Positions 56,092 to 64,000 of a DNA stretch of 64,000 nucleotides are shown one piece after another. Origin of the DNA: a virus (Duplodnaviria > Caudoviricetes); IMG/VR virus record IMGVR_UViG_3300033076_000375, positions 64,001 through 128,000 of that record. One strand, 5' to 3'. The notes beneath the pieces were generated by a model, which worked only from the letters and a program-made list of their open reading frames with translations, was not told where the DNA came from and did no database searches. Made by a program: the position numbers and the translations under genes. Positions within the stretch are counted from its first letter, which is position 1. Each line of letters begins with the position of its first letter.

Positions 56092-57029
56092 TGGCTTTCA
56101 AGCGTGCCTCAACTAGTTCAATCAAAGTCGAATCTGCAACTGTAGCAGTTTCCGGAACAGGTGGTACACCTACCCCACCGACACAAACTGCAACATGTGA
56201 GTATTTACTTGTAGCAGGTGGAGGATCTGGTGGTGTAGGTACAGTAGGTAGTACTGGTTCCGGAGGTGGCGGCGGCGCCGGTGGATTATTAACGGGAACT
56301 CTTTCTAATTTATCAGGGGCGACTATTACAGTAACACTAGGAGCCGGGGGTTCAAGTGCGAACGGAAGTGATTCTACTTTAACAAGTACAGCATTTTCTA
56401 CAGTAACAGCTACGGGTGGCGGAAAAGGTGGTAATAGAACACTAGGTGGTTCAAATGGTGGTTCAGGTGGCGGCGGTGGTAGCGGCGCAACTTCGCCCGG
56501 CACAGGCGTAGCAGGTCAAGGATATGCAGGCGGCTCTAAATCCGCTTCTTCACTCGGTGGCGCAGGCGGCGGGGGAGCAGGAGCTACCGGAGGTGGAATT
56601 GGAACTTTGCATTATTCTTCAAATGGTGGAATAGGAGTATCATCGTCTATCACAGGTGTCCCTACATATTATGCAGGTGGTGGCGCCGGCGGACAATATT
56701 CAACGTATAACATGAGCTTAGGTGGCTTAGGTGGAGGAGGAATGGGTACGCATAGTGGAACATCAAATCAGATTGATGTTAGTAGTATCACACTAGGTCA
56801 ACCAAATTCGGGTGGCGGTGGCGGCGGTGGCAGTTATGTATCAACTTCTGCTATCACTCAACCTGGCACTGGTGGCTCCGGCGTATGTGTTATTAGAACA
56901 TTATTATCCGATGGTACTGTAACTTACAGTCAACCAACCTCAACAGCTTCATATGAATATACAATAACTATTACAGGTTCAAGATATAGAGTTTATATCT
57001 TTAACTCATCAGGAACAATAACGTTCTAA
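56091..57029 (+). CDS. Glycine-rich putative adhesin/tip protein
   Basis: YLLVAGGG.GG...GGGGAGG...YAGGG.GG...GGSGVCVIR. TAATG-coupled to the adaptor. Confidence 0.7.
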   Translation: MAFKRASTSSIKVESATVAVSGTGGTPTPPTQTATCEYLLVAGGGSGGVGTVGSTGSGGGGGAGGLLTGTLSNLSGATITVTLGAGGSSANGSDSTLTSTAFSTVTATGGGKGGNRTLGGSNGGSGGGGGSGATSPGTGVAGQGYAGGSKSASSLGGAGGGGAGATGGGIGTLHYSSNGGIGVSSSITGVPTYYAGGGAGGQYSTYNMSLGGLGGGGMGTHSGTSNQIDVSSITLGQPNSGGGGGGGSYVSTSAITQPGTGGSGVCVIRTLLSDGTVTYSQPTSTASYEYTITITGSRYRVYIFNSSGTITF

Positions 57030-57035
57030 TAAATA
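57028..57035 (+). promoter_or_regulatory. Late promoter AATAAATA
   Basis: 4 nt upstream of the ATG at 57040. Confidence 0.45.
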
Positions 57036-57039
57036 TATT

Positions 57040-57528
57040 ATGACCACTAAAGCATCCCCATTACTAATCGACACTGGTAATATAACATCAGTTGGTACTC
57101 TTACTAGTTTAACTGTAACCGGTAATATTACCTCTGGTAACGCAACCTTAGGTAATTTAACTTCATCTAACTACTTCAGTGGGGACGGATCATTATTAAC
57201 TAGTTTAACCGGTGCAAACGTCATTGGTGAAGTTGGATACGCAGCAGTAGCTAACTCAGTAGCAGGTGCAAACGTTAGCGGCACTGTATCTAGCGCAACA
57301 ACTGCCGGCACAGTAACAACCGCAGCCCAACCAAATATTACTAGTACTGGAACACTTACATCAATAACTGTCTCCGGTACATCAACTTTGGGAGCAGTGG
57401 GTAATGTAAAGATTACAGGCGGAACTACCGGACAATATGTGACAACAGATGGCACTGGCAATCTATCGTTTACAACAGTTAGTGTACCAACACAACCACC
57501 TCATCCTTTCTTGTTTATAGGAATTTAA
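57040..57528 (+). CDS. Short fibre shaft protein ending in PPHPFLFIGI
   Basis: A longer paralogue of ORF 55522. Confidence 0.65.
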   Translation: MTTKASPLLIDTGNITSVGTLTSLTVTGNITSGNATLGNLTSSNYFSGDGSLLTSLTGANVIGEVGYAAVANSVAGANVSGTVSSATTAGTVTTAAQPNITSTGTLTSITVSGTSTLGAVGNVKITGGTTGQYVTTDGTGNLSFTTVSVPTQPPHPFLFIGI

Positions 57529-57529
57529 T

Positions 57530-57859
57530 ATGGGAACAATTTATAAAGTCTTAGGTCAAACAAACCCAGCGGCTACGACAGCAACAACATTATATACAGT
57601 ACCTTCGGCTACTAGTGCAATCGCATCTACACTGAATGTATGCAACTTGGGTAATACTGCATCTACTTTTCGTGTTGCAGTTAGACCAGCAGGTGCAACA
57701 CTAGCCAACGTTCACTATCTAACATATGATACGAATTTACCTGCCAACGATAGCATCGGTATGACATTGGGAATCACACTTGCTACAACAGATGTAGTAA
57801 CTGTATATGCTAACACAACTAACGTAACTTTTAGTCTCTTCGGCACGGAGATAAGTTAA
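57530..57859 (+). CDS. Small beta-sandwich adaptor (YKVLGQ family, copy 2)
   Basis: 109-aa paralogue of ORF 55762. Confidence 0.7.
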   Translation: MGTIYKVLGQTNPAATTATTLYTVPSATSAIASTLNVCNLGNTASTFRVAVRPAGATLANVHYLTYDTNLPANDSIGMTLGITLATTDVVTVYANTTNVTFSLFGTEIS

Positions 57860-59652
57860 TGGGTTACGCACGTAATGGTGCTCAAGCACTATCTGCATCA
57901 ACAACTAATCCTTCAGTTGGCGCTGCGATCCCGTGGATCTCTGCTACAGGTGGAACAATAACTACCAGTGGGCAATATACAGTTCATACTTTTACTACTT
58001 CAGGGTCTTTTATAGTTGCTGGTGCAGGTACAGTTGACATTTTAATTGTAGGCGGCGGCGGCGGTGGCGCCCTTGCAGGTGGCGGCGCAGGTGGAGTAGT
58101 CTACATTCCTTCATATAACATTACAACTCCCGGAACATATACAGTAACAGTCGGCGCTGGTGCAGGCGGTCAGGCACCTGATTCTGCTAGTGACACGAGT
58201 TCAGGATCGCAATCGAGTATAGTAGGTACTAACGTAAACTTATACGCAATGGGCGGCGGCGGTGGCGCAATATATAATCCTCAATTTGGATACGGTCGCG
58301 GACGTTCAGGTGGTTCAGGCGGCGGCGGAACATTTAACAGTGGCACTGGATGGAACTATGAATATGGATTGGGTGTTCCTGGACAAGGAAACAACGGAGG
58401 CTCAGGTGGAAGTGGATTTGGTTGTGGCGGTGGTGGCGGTGCTACTGCTGTAGGTGGAAGCGGTGGCGGCAGTGGGGGCGCGGGGGGCGCCGGGTTTCAA
58501 ACAAGCATTACGGGAAGTTCATTATACTTTGGTGGAGGCGGCGGCGGTGGCTCTAATACAGGAGGTAGAACAGGTGGCAATGGCGGAATCGGCGGCGGCG
58601 GTGGCGCAGGCAGTCAAACAGCCGGCACCGGCGGCGGCTCCGCATTAAACTCAGGTGGAAACGGCACTAATAATGGTGTTGGTGGTAACGGAGGCACTAA
58701 TACCGGTGGTGGAGGTGGCGGCGGATACTATTATTCTTCTTCTAGTTATAACTTTTCAGGCGGTTCAGGTGGATCCGGTGTTGTAATCATTAGATATGTA
58801 ACAGCTTCTTCTTTCATTTCTGCCACTGGAGGTACAGTTACAACGTCGGGTAATTATAAAATTCACGCTTTTTATAGTTCAGGCACATTCACTCCTACAT
58901 ACATTCCAGCGAATGCAACATTTGATATATTGATAGTAGCAGGCGGTGGTGGAGGTGGTACATATGGATATAACAATCCATTTGGAGGAGGTGCTGGCGG
59001 ATTGCTACAGTACCCTAACTTTAAATTAAACACTGAAACATACACAGTTACAATTGGTGGCGGTGGTGCTGGTTGTACGAGTACGACAAGTAGACCCTTT
59101 CCGGGAAATAACACTACTATAGCAGGAAGTTCATACACGTTGACTTGCCAAGGCGGCGGCGCAGGATGGTGGTATCAATCCGGTGTAATATCAACTGTTG
59201 CTGGCGGTTCTGGCGGTGGCATTAGATCCGGTGAACAGTTCGGTGGAAGTATTACTGGAGTGCAATTCTCTTCCCCGTATGTTGCAGGTCAAGGTAATGC
59301 TGGTGGAACATCAACAGGTCAGGGTGGCGCTGGAGGTGGCGGAGCAGGCGGAGCAGGAGCATCAACAACTGGAGTTAACGGAGGTAATGGTGGCATAGGA
59401 GTTCAAAATAGTTATTTAGGAACTACATATTACTTTGCTGGTGGTGGCGGTGGTGATGGTGCTGTCAGCGGCAACGGAGGAGCCGGAGGCGGCGGCGGTG
59501 GCGGATACGGCAGCGGCACTGGAGGGTCAGGGTTAAACGCTGGTGGAGTACCAAATGGTGGTACAAATACCGGTGGCGGTGGTGGTTCAAACTTCACAAA
59601 TGGTGGCTCAGGTGGCTCGGGAATAGTAGTTATTCGATATCTGTATCAATAA
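57859..59652 (+). CDS. Glycine-rich putative adhesin with two tandem Gly-rich domains
   Basis: Two units of ATGGT.TTSG.Y..H.F..SG.F...GGSG.V.IRY. TAATG-coupled. Confidence 0.7.
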   Translation: MGYARNGAQALSASTTNPSVGAAIPWISATGGTITTSGQYTVHTFTTSGSFIVAGAGTVDILIVGGGGGGALAGGGAGGVVYIPSYNITTPGTYTVTVGAGAGGQAPDSASDTSSGSQSSIVGTNVNLYAMGGGGGAIYNPQFGYGRGRSGGSGGGGTFNSGTGWNYEYGLGVPGQGNNGGSGGSGFGCGGGGGATAVGGSGGGSGGAGGAGFQTSITGSSLYFGGGGGGGSNTGGRTGGNGGIGGGGGAGSQTAGTGGGSALNSGGNGTNNGVGGNGGTNTGGGGGGGYYYSSSSYNFSGGSGGSGVVIIRYVTASSFISATGGTVTTSGNYKIHAFYSSGTFTPTYIPANATFDILIVAGGGGGGTYGYNNPFGGGAGGLLQYPNFKLNTETYTVTIGGGGAGCTSTTSRPFPGNNTTIAGSSYTLTCQGGGAGWWYQSGVISTVAGGSGGGIRSGEQFGGSITGVQFSSPYVAGQGNAGGTSTGQGGAGGGGAGGAGASTTGVNGGNGGIGVQNSYLGTTYYFAGGGGGDGAVSGNGGAGGGGGGGYGSGTGGSGLNAGGVPNGGTNTGGGGGSNFTNGGSGGSGIVVIRYLYQ

Positions 59653-59659
59653 CAGTTAG

Positions 59660-59667
59660 ACTAAATA
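59660..59667 (+). promoter_or_regulatory. Late promoter ACTAAATA
   Basis: Intergenic, upstream of ORF 59686. Confidence 0.6.
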
Positions 59668-59685
59668 CATAATAAGGTTTTTATT

Positions 59686-61938
59686 ATGGCATTAACACGA
59701 CTACCCAGCTTTACCCTACTAACCACTGACGATTTCACCTTCGGTAATGTAACCGTTTCAGGCAATATCACAGCTAATTACCTGATTGGAAACGGTAGTC
59801 AGTTAACTGGGTTACCTGCAAGTTATACTGATACTAACGCAAATGCAGCGATTGATGCCAAAGTAACAAAAGCGTTTATCGATAATTTAAACGTTGATGC
59901 AGATACACTAGACGGGTTAAACTCAACAGCGTTTGCAACTTCAGCACAAGGAACTTTAGCTGATTCAGCCGTTCAACCGGGTGATTTGGCAACCGTTGCT
60001 ACAACCGGTTCATACACTGATTTAATCAATAAGCCAACGTTGTTCGATGGCACGTATGCTAACTTGACAGGTCTCCCAACTTTAGGCACTGCGGCAGCAA
60101 CAAACGCAAACGCCTATGCTACTGCGGCACAAGGAACAAAAGCTGACACTGCACTTCAATCAGCAGATTTAGTTGGATATGCAACAGAAACATACGTAGG
60201 TACACAGATTAGTAATCTAGTAGATGCCGCACCAACTACATTAAACACATTAAATGAACTTGCAGCAGCATTGGGTGACGATGCGAACTTTGCTACGACT
60301 ATTGCGAATTCAATTGGTAATAAATTAGCTATCAGCGATTTTACATCAACCGCAGATACATGGTTAGGTACTAAAACTACAAGCAATGTATCTGAGGGAA
60401 CTAACTTATATTTCACAGACACTAGAGCAAACAGTGCTATCGACACACGTGTTACAAAAACATTCGTTGATAACTTGTCAGTTGTTGCAAATATTTCTAA
60501 TATTGCGTATTCAATTACTGGGTCGAACGTTAGTGGACCTGTTGCGTTTGCAACTACTGCTAATAGTGTAGCCGGTGCAAACGTTTCAGGTGAAGTAGCG
60601 TTTGCTGCCGTTGCAAATTCAGTATCAGCGGCAAACGTTAGCGGTTTAGGTAATGTTGCTACACTTAACTTAGATGGTAATGTAAGTAACATACTATACG
60701 GTAACGGCGTATTTGCAGCAGCACCAGCAGGTGGGGGAGGATCGTCTTACGGTGATTCAAATATAGCGGCGTACTTACCAACATACACTGGTAACTTAAC
60801 TCCTGGCAATCTTATAATTGATCCAACGAATTTGAAACTTTCTGGTGGTTCTGCTGACTATGTACTAACAACTGACGGCACTGGCAATTTAAGTTGGGCT
60901 GCTCAATCAGGCGGTGGCGGCACAGTTAACTCCTCGTATGTTACTAGGACATATACAGGTAATGGTTCTACTACAGGATTCACAGTCACATCTGGGGTAA
61001 CTGTTGATAGTGTTATCGTATCACTAAGTGGTATTGTTCAAACTCCCACAACGGATTATAGCGTTACAGGCACAACGTTAACATTTACAACTGCACCACC
61101 AAATGGAGTACAGATTCAAATTCGTGAAATTGGTATTCCAATGGCATCCGGCAGTAATTCGCAAATTCTATTCAATGACGCAGGTAAAGTCGGGGGCACA
61201 GCTAATTTAACATTTAACAAGTCAACCGGTATGTTGACAGCCGCTAAATTAACTGCAACATCTGCTAACTTAGGTGACGTTGGTAATTTAAGAATTGCAG
61301 GTGGTAACGTAGGTGAAATTCTTGCCTCATTGGGCAATGGTCAAATGGCATGGGCTAACATTGTTGCTAACGGAGATATTATCGTTAACGGTGGCACAGG
61401 TGGCGGTGGTGCGAGTGTAACTGTTTCTGCTACTGCACCAACCACTCCTGCAGAAGGTGACATGTGGTTGGATAGTGAAACAGGTGAATTAAACGTTTAC
61501 TTTAGTGATGCATGGGCTAGTGTTACTGAAAGTGCACCTCAATTAACCTCTGTTGTTGATAATTTTACAGGTGATAGTTTAACGACACAGTTTACATTGT
61601 CAGCAACTCCGACAAGCGAAGCATATACATTAGTTGCAATTGGTGGTATTTTGCAACCAAGAAATACATATTCTATTTCAGGTAATGTACTGACAACATC
61701 AAGTGCAGTTCCTAGCAATACACCCATTGAAGTAACAACTTTAGGTGGATTTGCTAGCCCAGTAGGAGCAGCTAGTGTGGTACTGAACAACGCACAACCA
61801 AATATTACTAGCGTGGGCACATTGACTGGGTTAGATATCGCTGGCAACGTTTCAGTCACTGGTAACCTAACAATAAATAACGCAGCACCAGCAACAACAG
61901 GTAAAGCTATTGCAATGGCAATAGTATTCGGATTCTAA
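59686..61938 (+). CDS. Fibre protein (750 aa) ending in TGKAIAMAIVFGF
   Basis: Large blocks shared with ORF 48291 and two [FY]TG.G/S modules. Confidence 0.7.
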   Translation: MALTRLPSFTLLTTDDFTFGNVTVSGNITANYLIGNGSQLTGLPASYTDTNANAAIDAKVTKAFIDNLNVDADTLDGLNSTAFATSAQGTLADSAVQPGDLATVATTGSYTDLINKPTLFDGTYANLTGLPTLGTAAATNANAYATAAQGTKADTALQSADLVGYATETYVGTQISNLVDAAPTTLNTLNELAAALGDDANFATTIANSIGNKLAISDFTSTADTWLGTKTTSNVSEGTNLYFTDTRANSAIDTRVTKTFVDNLSVVANISNIAYSITGSNVSGPVAFATTANSVAGANVSGEVAFAAVANSVSAANVSGLGNVATLNLDGNVSNILYGNGVFAAAPAGGGGSSYGDSNIAAYLPTYTGNLTPGNLIIDPTNLKLSGGSADYVLTTDGTGNLSWAAQSGGGGTVNSSYVTRTYTGNGSTTGFTVTSGVTVDSVIVSLSGIVQTPTTDYSVTGTTLTFTTAPPNGVQIQIREIGIPMASGSNSQILFNDAGKVGGTANLTFNKSTGMLTAAKLTATSANLGDVGNLRIAGGNVGEILASLGNGQMAWANIVANGDIIVNGGTGGGGASVTVSATAPTTPAEGDMWLDSETGELNVYFSDAWASVTESAPQLTSVVDNFTGDSLTTQFTLSATPTSEAYTLVAIGGILQPRNTYSISGNVLTTSSAVPSNTPIEVTTLGGFASPVGAASVVLNNAQPNITSVGTLTGLDIAGNVSVTGNLTINNAAPATTGKAIAMAIVFGF

Positions 61939-61947
61939 GGATTAATT

Positions 61948-62307
61948 ATGGCTAACCCAAACATTGTACAAGTAACAAACATCGTAGGTAACACCCAAGT
62001 CGCTAACGTAACTACATCAGCAACGGCAATCGTAACTAATAATACTAGTAGCGGCAAAATATTTAAACTAAATGGTATCATCGTATCAAATGTTGATGGA
62101 GCAAACTCTGCAACGATTACGGTTGACTTGTATAGAAATTCAGTAGCCTATGTTCTTACTAGTGGGGTAACAGTAACTCCAAATACTTCATACACCCCTA
62201 TTGATAAAACATTAAGTTTATACTTACTAGAAGGGGATACTCTCAGAGTTACAGCAAATGTAAATAATAGATTACAAGCTGTTGCTACTTGGGAGGAAAT
62301 TAGCTAA
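61948..62307 (+). CDS. Small beta-sandwich adaptor (MANPNIV type)
   Basis: 119 aa ending in EEIS, like the YKVLGQ adaptors (SEIT/TEIS), and in the same position after a shaft gene. Confidence 0.65.
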   Translation: MANPNIVQVTNIVGNTQVANVTTSATAIVTNNTSSGKIFKLNGIIVSNVDGANSATITVDLYRNSVAYVLTSGVTVTPNTSYTPIDKTLSLYLLEGDTLRVTANVNNRLQAVATWEEIS

Positions 62308-64000
62308 TGTTTAACAGTGGCATCAGAGGACGAAGAGCCAAAGACGGTGAAGGTACGGTATCTACACAAAGTGGATTCGTTCAGAAAAGTGATCCGCAAC
62401 CAACGATTACTGGTTATACTATTAGTGGAATAGACGATACCGCTTTGGATCCAGCAGGTGGACAAACAATCATAGTGACTGGTAGTGGTTTTGCAACGGG
62501 TATTAGTGGAACTATAGGCGGCACTCAATTGGGTGCAGTCACTTTTGTAAATTCAAACCAAGTAACATTTACTTCTCCTGCAAAGAGTGCAGGATCACAT
62601 GCATTGGTATTGTATAATAGCACAGGCGGTGCAGCAATATTAGTTCCTGGTATTACCTATTCAAGTGTACCTACATATACAACTGCTGCTGGGAGCATCG
62701 GTACAATATATGAAACTAAATCTATTAACATAAGTGTTGTTGCAACGAGCGACAGTGCGTTAACTTATTCATTGGATAGTGGCACTTTACCTGCCGGTGC
62801 AACATTATCAAGTAACGGCACTATTACAGGTACTGCACCCACAGATGCATCAAGCACGACATATACATTTGCTATCAAAGCAACCGATACTGAATTACAA
62901 GATGTAACACGAACATTCACGTTGACTATCAATACCGATGTAGTAACATGGTCAACTCCATCTAGCGGCGCAACCATCGCCATAGATGATAACCCATATT
63001 CACAAACACTATCAGCAACTAGTGCTGCCGGTTACAATGTGAGTTATTCTGCAAATACATTGCCTACTGGTTTAACATTAACCTCAGGTACTATCACTGG
63101 TACCCCAACTGAAGAGGGGAACGTATCTACGTTATTAACTGCAACTGCATCAACTACAAACAAGAGTGCAACTAATACTATCACTTGGGTTGTTAGCTTA
63201 TCTGATCCTTATTGGAAATCTACATCTTTGTTGTTGAACGGATCAACACCAACTACAACATTTATCAATGACGCTAGTTTGAACAATGCACAGTTGACCA
63301 TTGCTGGTGACACAAAGCCTAACTTGTTTAATCCATATACTGACGGTTATTACAGTAATTACTTTGATGGTACCGGGGATTACTTAACAATTTCAGCCAG
63401 CTCATCCCTAATGTTAGGTTCAGGTGATTTTACTGTTGAAGCCTGGGTATACACCACTCTTGCAAATCAAACTTACGGTTCGGGAATTATTGGAACGTAT
63501 GACGGCGGTTCAAATGGTGGATGGTCATTATTTGTTAATAGAAGTTCTGGTGCCACATATGGTATTGGTTTTATTCACGCCAATGCAATTCAGCAATCAT
63601 ATACAACTGCTTATCTTGCAATGAATACATGGTATCATATTGCAGTGACTAGAAGTGGAACTACACTAAGAACATTCTTAAACGGAGTACAAGTTGCATC
63701 TGGAACGTATTCAACAGCAGACACAGTTTCAGCAACATGTTATGTGGGTTCACAAGGTGTCGGTCAATACCACAATGGCTATATCTCAAATGCTCGTATG
63801 GTCAAAGGGACAGCGTTATATACTTCTAATTTCACCACACCTACTTCACCATTAACAGCAGTTGCGAACACTCAACTATTAACTTGTCAATCAAACAGAT
63901 TAATTGATAACTCACCCAACAATTTTGCAATAACGAAGAATGGTGACACCGCAGTAAGTTCAGCATATCCATTCTCTACACCAACTCTTGCTGCGTACAA
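62307..64000 (+). CDS. Multidomain adhesin-like protein (IPT/TIG, Ig-like and LamG domains); runs off the window edge
   Basis: The ATG at 62307 overlaps a TAA and reads MFNSGIRGRR...DPAGGQTIIVTGSGF...SGTLPAGATLSSNGTITGT...FDGTGDYL...GDFTVEAWVY...WYHIAVTRSG. No stop was seen before the window end. Confidence 0.75.
   Translation, partial: MFNSGIRGRRAKDGEGTVSTQSGFVQKSDPQPTITGYTISGIDDTALDPAGGQTIIVTGSGFATGISGTIGGTQLGAVTFVNSNQVTFTSPAKSAGSHALVLYNSTGGAAILVPGITYSSVPTYTTAAGSIGTIYETKSINISVVATSDSALTYSLDSGTLPAGATLSSNGTITGTAPTDASSTTYTFAIKATDTELQDVTRTFTLTINTDVVTWSTPSSGATIAIDDNPYSQTLSATSAAGYNVSYSANTLPTGLTLTSGTITGTPTEEGNVSTLLTATASTTNKSATNTITWVVSLSDPYWKSTSLLLNGSTPTTTFINDASLNNAQLTIAGDTKPNLFNPYTDGYYSNYFDGTGDYLTISASSSLMLGSGDFTVEAWVYTTLANQTYGSGIIGTYDGGSNGGWSLFVNRSSGATYGIGFIHANAIQQSYTTAYLAMNTWYHIAVTRSGTTLRTFLNGVQVASGTYSTADTVSATCYVGSQGVGQYHNGYISNARMVKGTALYTSNFTTPTSPLTAVANTQLLTCQSNRLIDNSPNNFAITKNGDTAVSSAYPFSTPTLAAY

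Noticed and set aside
46340-59620. (GGC/GGT)n GC-rich tracts as foreign DNA or contingency repeats
   Set aside because: They are explained by polyglycine codons in intact Gly-rich domains.
2728-61859. Numerous 60-240 aa antisense or alternate-frame ORFs in the ORF track
   Set aside because: They are shadows of long genes with biased codon usage and show no independent signals.
1-64000. Stop-codon reassignment, as seen in some large phages
   Set aside because: All recognisable genes are full length in code 11 and coding density is high.
42562-64000. Diversity-generating retroelement or invertase shufflon acting on the adhesins
   Set aside because: No reverse transcriptase or recombinase gene lies in the window, no adenine-specific template/variable repeat pair was noticed, and all cassettes are co-oriented.

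Overview
This 64-kb window is part of a large, AT-rich, T4-like myovirus genome read in standard code 11. Positions 1-12.4 kb on the minus strand hold a baseplate cluster: a partial large wedge protein, then gp6-, gp25-, gp5-, hub-, gp53- and tube-initiator-like genes. Positions 12.5-17.2 kb on the plus strand encode a gp55-like late sigma factor, the gp47/gp46 (Mre11/Rad50) pair and a PD-(D/E)XK Holliday-junction-resolvase-like gene. A ~550-nt highly structured non-coding region follows, then a gp26-like/gp51-like pair joined by a likely -1 programmed frameshift, a tape-measure-like gene with an M15 peptidase domain, and the head module (portal, core, protease, scaffold, major capsid). Positions 27.6-64 kb are a ~36-kb array of fibre or appendage genes made of repeating multi-gene cassettes with matching N- and C-terminal modules. 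The main leads are: (1) an unassigned, multibranched ncRNA-like element next to GAA mini-hairpins, possibly an origin; (2) a lambda G/GT-style slippery site plus hairpin in a T4-like gp26/gp51 pair; (3) late promoters placed exactly 5 nt before ATGs, implying leaderless mRNAs; (4) a perfect operator-like palindrome on the late-sigma promoter; (5) a modular, possibly daisy-chained or branched fibre system whose gene order may mirror its assembly order. All protein identities come from motif recognition and gene order, not from database searches.
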